A DNA stretch of 1,606 bases from Naegleria gruberi (Eukaryota), in assembly GCA_000004985.1 (NCBI GenBank), contig GG739372.1; one strand, written 5' to 3'. This document shows positions 1 to 1,606 of this stretch, piece after piece (position 1 is the first letter of the stretch; every line of letters begins with the position of its first letter). The notes under the pieces are model-generated. The model was given only the letters and a program-made list of their open reading frames with translations. It did not search any database and was not told the DNA's origin. A program made the translations under genes and the position numbers.

Positions 1-44
1 GAAATATGATATTTTGCATACAATTCAAGGAGAATACAAGAATT
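1..44 (-). other. 3' flank or start of the 3' UTR of the helicase gene. It is downstream of the TGA stop.
   Basis: It lies immediately 3' of the stop codon at 45..47 on the minus strand. No AATAAA-type signal is visible within these 44 nt. The real UTR end is outside the window. Confidence 0.4.
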
Positions 45-1606
45 TCAAATTCTTCTATCTGTTCTCTTTGGTGGTCTATTACTACTAGTAGTAGTAGTTG
101 ATTCATTTCTCTTTCTTTTTAAATAATCTTCATTTCTATTATTATTATTATCATTTCTTGAATTACTATTTCTATTATCATTTCTTGAATTATCATCATT
201 TCTTGAATTATTATTATTATTATCATTTAATATTAAATTTTGTAATTGTAAATTCATTTGATTAAAATCATTTAAAGGTTCATTTTGAATTAATTGATAA
301 CAATTTTGATTTTTAGAATGATTAATTAAATCTAACCATAATTTTGAATCTTTTAATTGTTTTGAATTACAAACAATTATTAAACAACTTTTAGCACGTG
401 TTATTGCTACATTCATTCTTCTATAATCTTTTAAAAATCCTAATCCTTCACTTCTAACTAATGATATTAATATTATTTCCTTTTCTTTACCTTGAAATCC
501 ATCTATAGTATTTATATCTAAATTTGATATATTTTTATATTTGGAAATTATATTTTTAATTTCATTCACTTGTTGTTTATATGGTGTTATTATACCTATA
601 TTTTTATCAAATTCATTTAATTCTTTTAATATATTTATATTATTATTATTTAAATTTGAATTATTTGAATTTGAATTATTATTTATATTTAAATTATTTT
701 CTTCTTTTAATAATTTAATTTTATAAAATAATAAAGATTGATATAAAAATGATAAATATTTAGCTTCCATTAAATTTCTAATACTATTAGTATTATTATT
801 TAAATCTTGTTTAGTATAAATACAATCATATACCATAAAAGGAGAGAATATTTTAAATTTAGTAAAATTAAAATTTAAAGAATTTAAAGGATTTGAAATT
901 AATTTATCATTATAAAAATATTTAGATGGAAATTCACATATTTTTGAATGCATACGATGTTGTACATTTAATAAAATGGAAGGATAACCTTCATTCATTA
1001 ATCTTTCCATAAAAGATCTTGAATAATTATAATCTCTTGAATTACCTAATATAGTAGCTGATAATTGACATGGATCACCTATTAATATTATTTTAGTTTT
1101 ATCATTTGATAAATATGTTATTGGTATTAATAATTCAGGTTCAACACATTGACAACATTCATCTATTATTATATGACTTATTTGTTCATTAGATATTCCA
1201 TATTTATCTAATTCAAATCCAGATGATGATAATGTTACAAATATTATTTCACATTGTTTCATTATTGATTGTTTAATTTCATATTCTGTCATTTCAATAC
1301 TATTATTATTAATATTTATATTTGAATTTATATTTGAATTTATATTTATATTTGAATTTATATTTGAATTTATATTATTTATATTATTTAAATTATTATT
1401 TATATTTAAATTATTTAAATTATTTAAATTAGATTGTTTAAATTTTAATAATCTATTTTTAATCATATTATCAATATAAAAATGATCAACAGATGAATGT
1501 ACAGATTCTTTAATACCAAATCTAACCATATGTGGAGTATATGATTGTAAATAATGTTCATTATCATATGATTGATATTTAAATGTATTTGAAGATGTTT
1601 GTACTA
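45..1606 (-). CDS. Superfamily-1B Upf1-like helicase, Sen1/senataxin-like, C-terminal helicase core plus low-complexity tail. The CDS is partial, with its 5' end beyond nt 1606. The TGA stop is at 45..47 and the last sense codon is 48..50.
   Basis: The 494-aa ORF in the track carries, in order, the following helicase motifs. Motif II is IIIDECCQCVEPELLIPI (D at nt 1161..1163). Motif III is ILIGDPCQLSATI (G at nt 1077..1079). Motif IV is LLNVQHRMHSKICEFPSKYFYNDKL (Q at nt 960..962). Motif V is IGIITPYKQQ together with TIDGFQGKEKEIILISLVRS (G at nt 498..500). Motif VI is GFLKDYRRMNVAITRAKSCLIIVCN (nt ~390..422). This is the canonical Upf1/Sen1/IGHMBP2 (AAA_12) arrangement. No Walker A (GxxGxGKT) motif is present in the 494 aa. 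I translated the minus strand manually from 1530..1604, continuing from the track's first Met at 1527..1529. The result is ...VQTSSNTFKYQSYDNEHYLQSYTPH-M..., with no stop. Motif I and Ia must therefore lie upstream of the window. Codon usage is uniform and AT-biased across the ORF. Confidence 0.85.
   Translation of the reverse strand, partial: VQTSSNTFKYQSYDNEHYLQSYTPHMVRFGIKESVHSSVDHFYIDNMIKNRLLKFKQSNLNNLNNLNINNNLNNINNINSNINSNININSNINSNININNNSIEMTEYEIKQSIMKQCEIIFVTLSSSGFELDKYGISNEQISHIIIDECCQCVEPELLIPITYLSNDKTKIILIGDPCQLSATILGNSRDYNYSRSFMERLMNEGYPSILLNVQHRMHSKICEFPSKYFYNDKLISNPLNSLNFNFTKFKIFSPFMVYDCIYTKQDLNNNTNSIRNLMEAKYLSFLYQSLLFYKIKLLKEENNLNINNNSNSNNSNLNNNNINILKELNEFDKNIGIITPYKQQVNEIKNIISKYKNISNLDINTIDGFQGKEKEIILISLVRSEGLGFLKDYRRMNVAITRAKSCLIIVCNSKQLKDSKLWLDLINHSKNQNCYQLIQNEPLNDFNQMNLQLQNLILNDNNNNNSRNDDNSRNDNRNSNSRNDNNNNRNEDYLKRKRNESTTTTSSNRPPKRTDRRI
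84..104 (-). repeat. Trinucleotide run (act)4(agt)3 on the sense strand, encoding STTTTSS close to the C-terminus.
   Basis: The + strand reads actactagtagtagtagttga at 84..104. Its reverse complement in frame gives S-T-T-T-T-S-S. Confidence 0.6.
126..224 (-). repeat. C-terminal charged/Asn repeat tract (DNNNNNSRNDDNSRNDNRNSNSRNDNNNNRNED). It contains three copies of an (N)SRND unit and is encoded by imperfect ~18-25 nt tandem repeats.
   Basis: atcatttcttgaatta occurs at ~151..166, ~176..191 and ~195..210 on the + strand. The in-frame translation gives SRND three times. Confidence 0.7.
630..698 (-). repeat. Second in-frame Asn/Ser-rich low-complexity tract (NNLNINNNSNSNNSNLNNNNINI, residues ~278-300). 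It sits between helicase motifs IV and V.
   Basis: The + strand 640..700 has repeated atttgaatt and tttaaatt units. The translation is nearly pure N/S/L/I. Confidence 0.7.
1299..1433 (-). repeat. In-frame Asn-rich low-complexity tract (SNLNNLNNLNINNNLNNINNINSNINSNININSNINSNININNNS, residues ~33-77 of the track ORF). It is encoded by imperfect tandem repeats of a 12-nt unit (tatatttgaatt, NSNI) and a 9-nt unit (ttatttaaa, NNL).
   Basis: The + strand 1310..1440 shows tatatttgaatt recurring at least 4 times, with tatattta spacers. It then shows ttatttaaa/attatttaaatt recurring 3 times. Both are multiples of 3 and in frame with the helicase ORF. Confidence 0.8.

Noticed and set aside
84-230. Possible short intron near the 3' end of the gene explaining the low-complexity tail.
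   Set aside because: The frame is continuous from motif VI to the TGA stop, with uniform codon usage. No GT...AG-bounded AT-only segment is needed to maintain the frame. The low-complexity tail is coding.
541-726. Plus-strand 61-aa ORF (MEIIFLISFTCCLYGVIIPIFLSNSFNSFNIFILLLFKFELFEFELLFIFKLFSSFNNLIL).
   Set aside because: It lies entirely antisense to the well-supported helicase CDS. It spans the conserved motif V coding region and an Asn repeat. Its F/L/I-rich composition is exactly what the reverse complement of AAT/AAA-rich coding sequence gives. There is no independent coding signal. It is a spurious antisense ORF.
1310-1440. Regularly spaced short direct repeats (12-nt and 9-nt units) that superficially resemble a repeat-spacer array.
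   Set aside because: The units are far too short and are contiguous without unique spacers. They are pure A/T-rich, sit in frame inside a eukaryotic CDS and translate to N/S/I/L low complexity. This is a coding microsatellite, not a CRISPR or other array.
1527-1529. The Met at the start of the track ORF as the translation start of the gene.
   Set aside because: The frame remains open upstream to the window edge. The encoded protein would lack the essential Walker A and Ia helicase motifs. The Met is internal.
1-1606. The possibility of a novel prokaryotic defence or accessory system in this window.
   Set aside because: Composition, codon usage, poly-Asn tracts and a single >1.5 kb continuous ORF are hallmarks of an AT-rich eukaryotic nuclear gene. 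There are no neighbouring genes, promoters with -10/-35 architecture, RBS-spaced starts or terminator hairpins to support a bacterial or phage locus.

Overview
The whole window is one protein-coding gene from a very AT-rich eukaryotic genome, roughly four-fifths A+T by eye. Codon usage (AAT Asn, TTA Leu, AGA Arg, ATA-dominant Ile, TGA stop) and in-frame Asn-rich low-complexity tracts point to a Plasmodium-like organism, with Dictyostelium as the less likely alternative. The gene lies on the minus strand (45..1529 in the ORF track). The frame stays open to the window edge at 1606, so the CDS is 5'-truncated. It encodes the C-terminal two-thirds of a superfamily-1B Upf1-like RNA/DNA helicase whose motifs II to VI are all recognisable and most resemble the Sen1/senataxin branch. 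Three low-complexity insertions, encoded by imperfect short tandem DNA repeats, interrupt the conserved core or extend the tail: two Asn-rich tracts and a C-terminal (N)SRND-type repeat followed by a Thr/Ser run. The tail is basic and looks like a nuclear localisation signal. I see no RNA genes, mobile elements, CRISPR arrays or prokaryotic operon structure. I see nothing that looks like a novel defence or accessory system. The interesting aspects are the helicase subfamily assignment and the repeat architecture.
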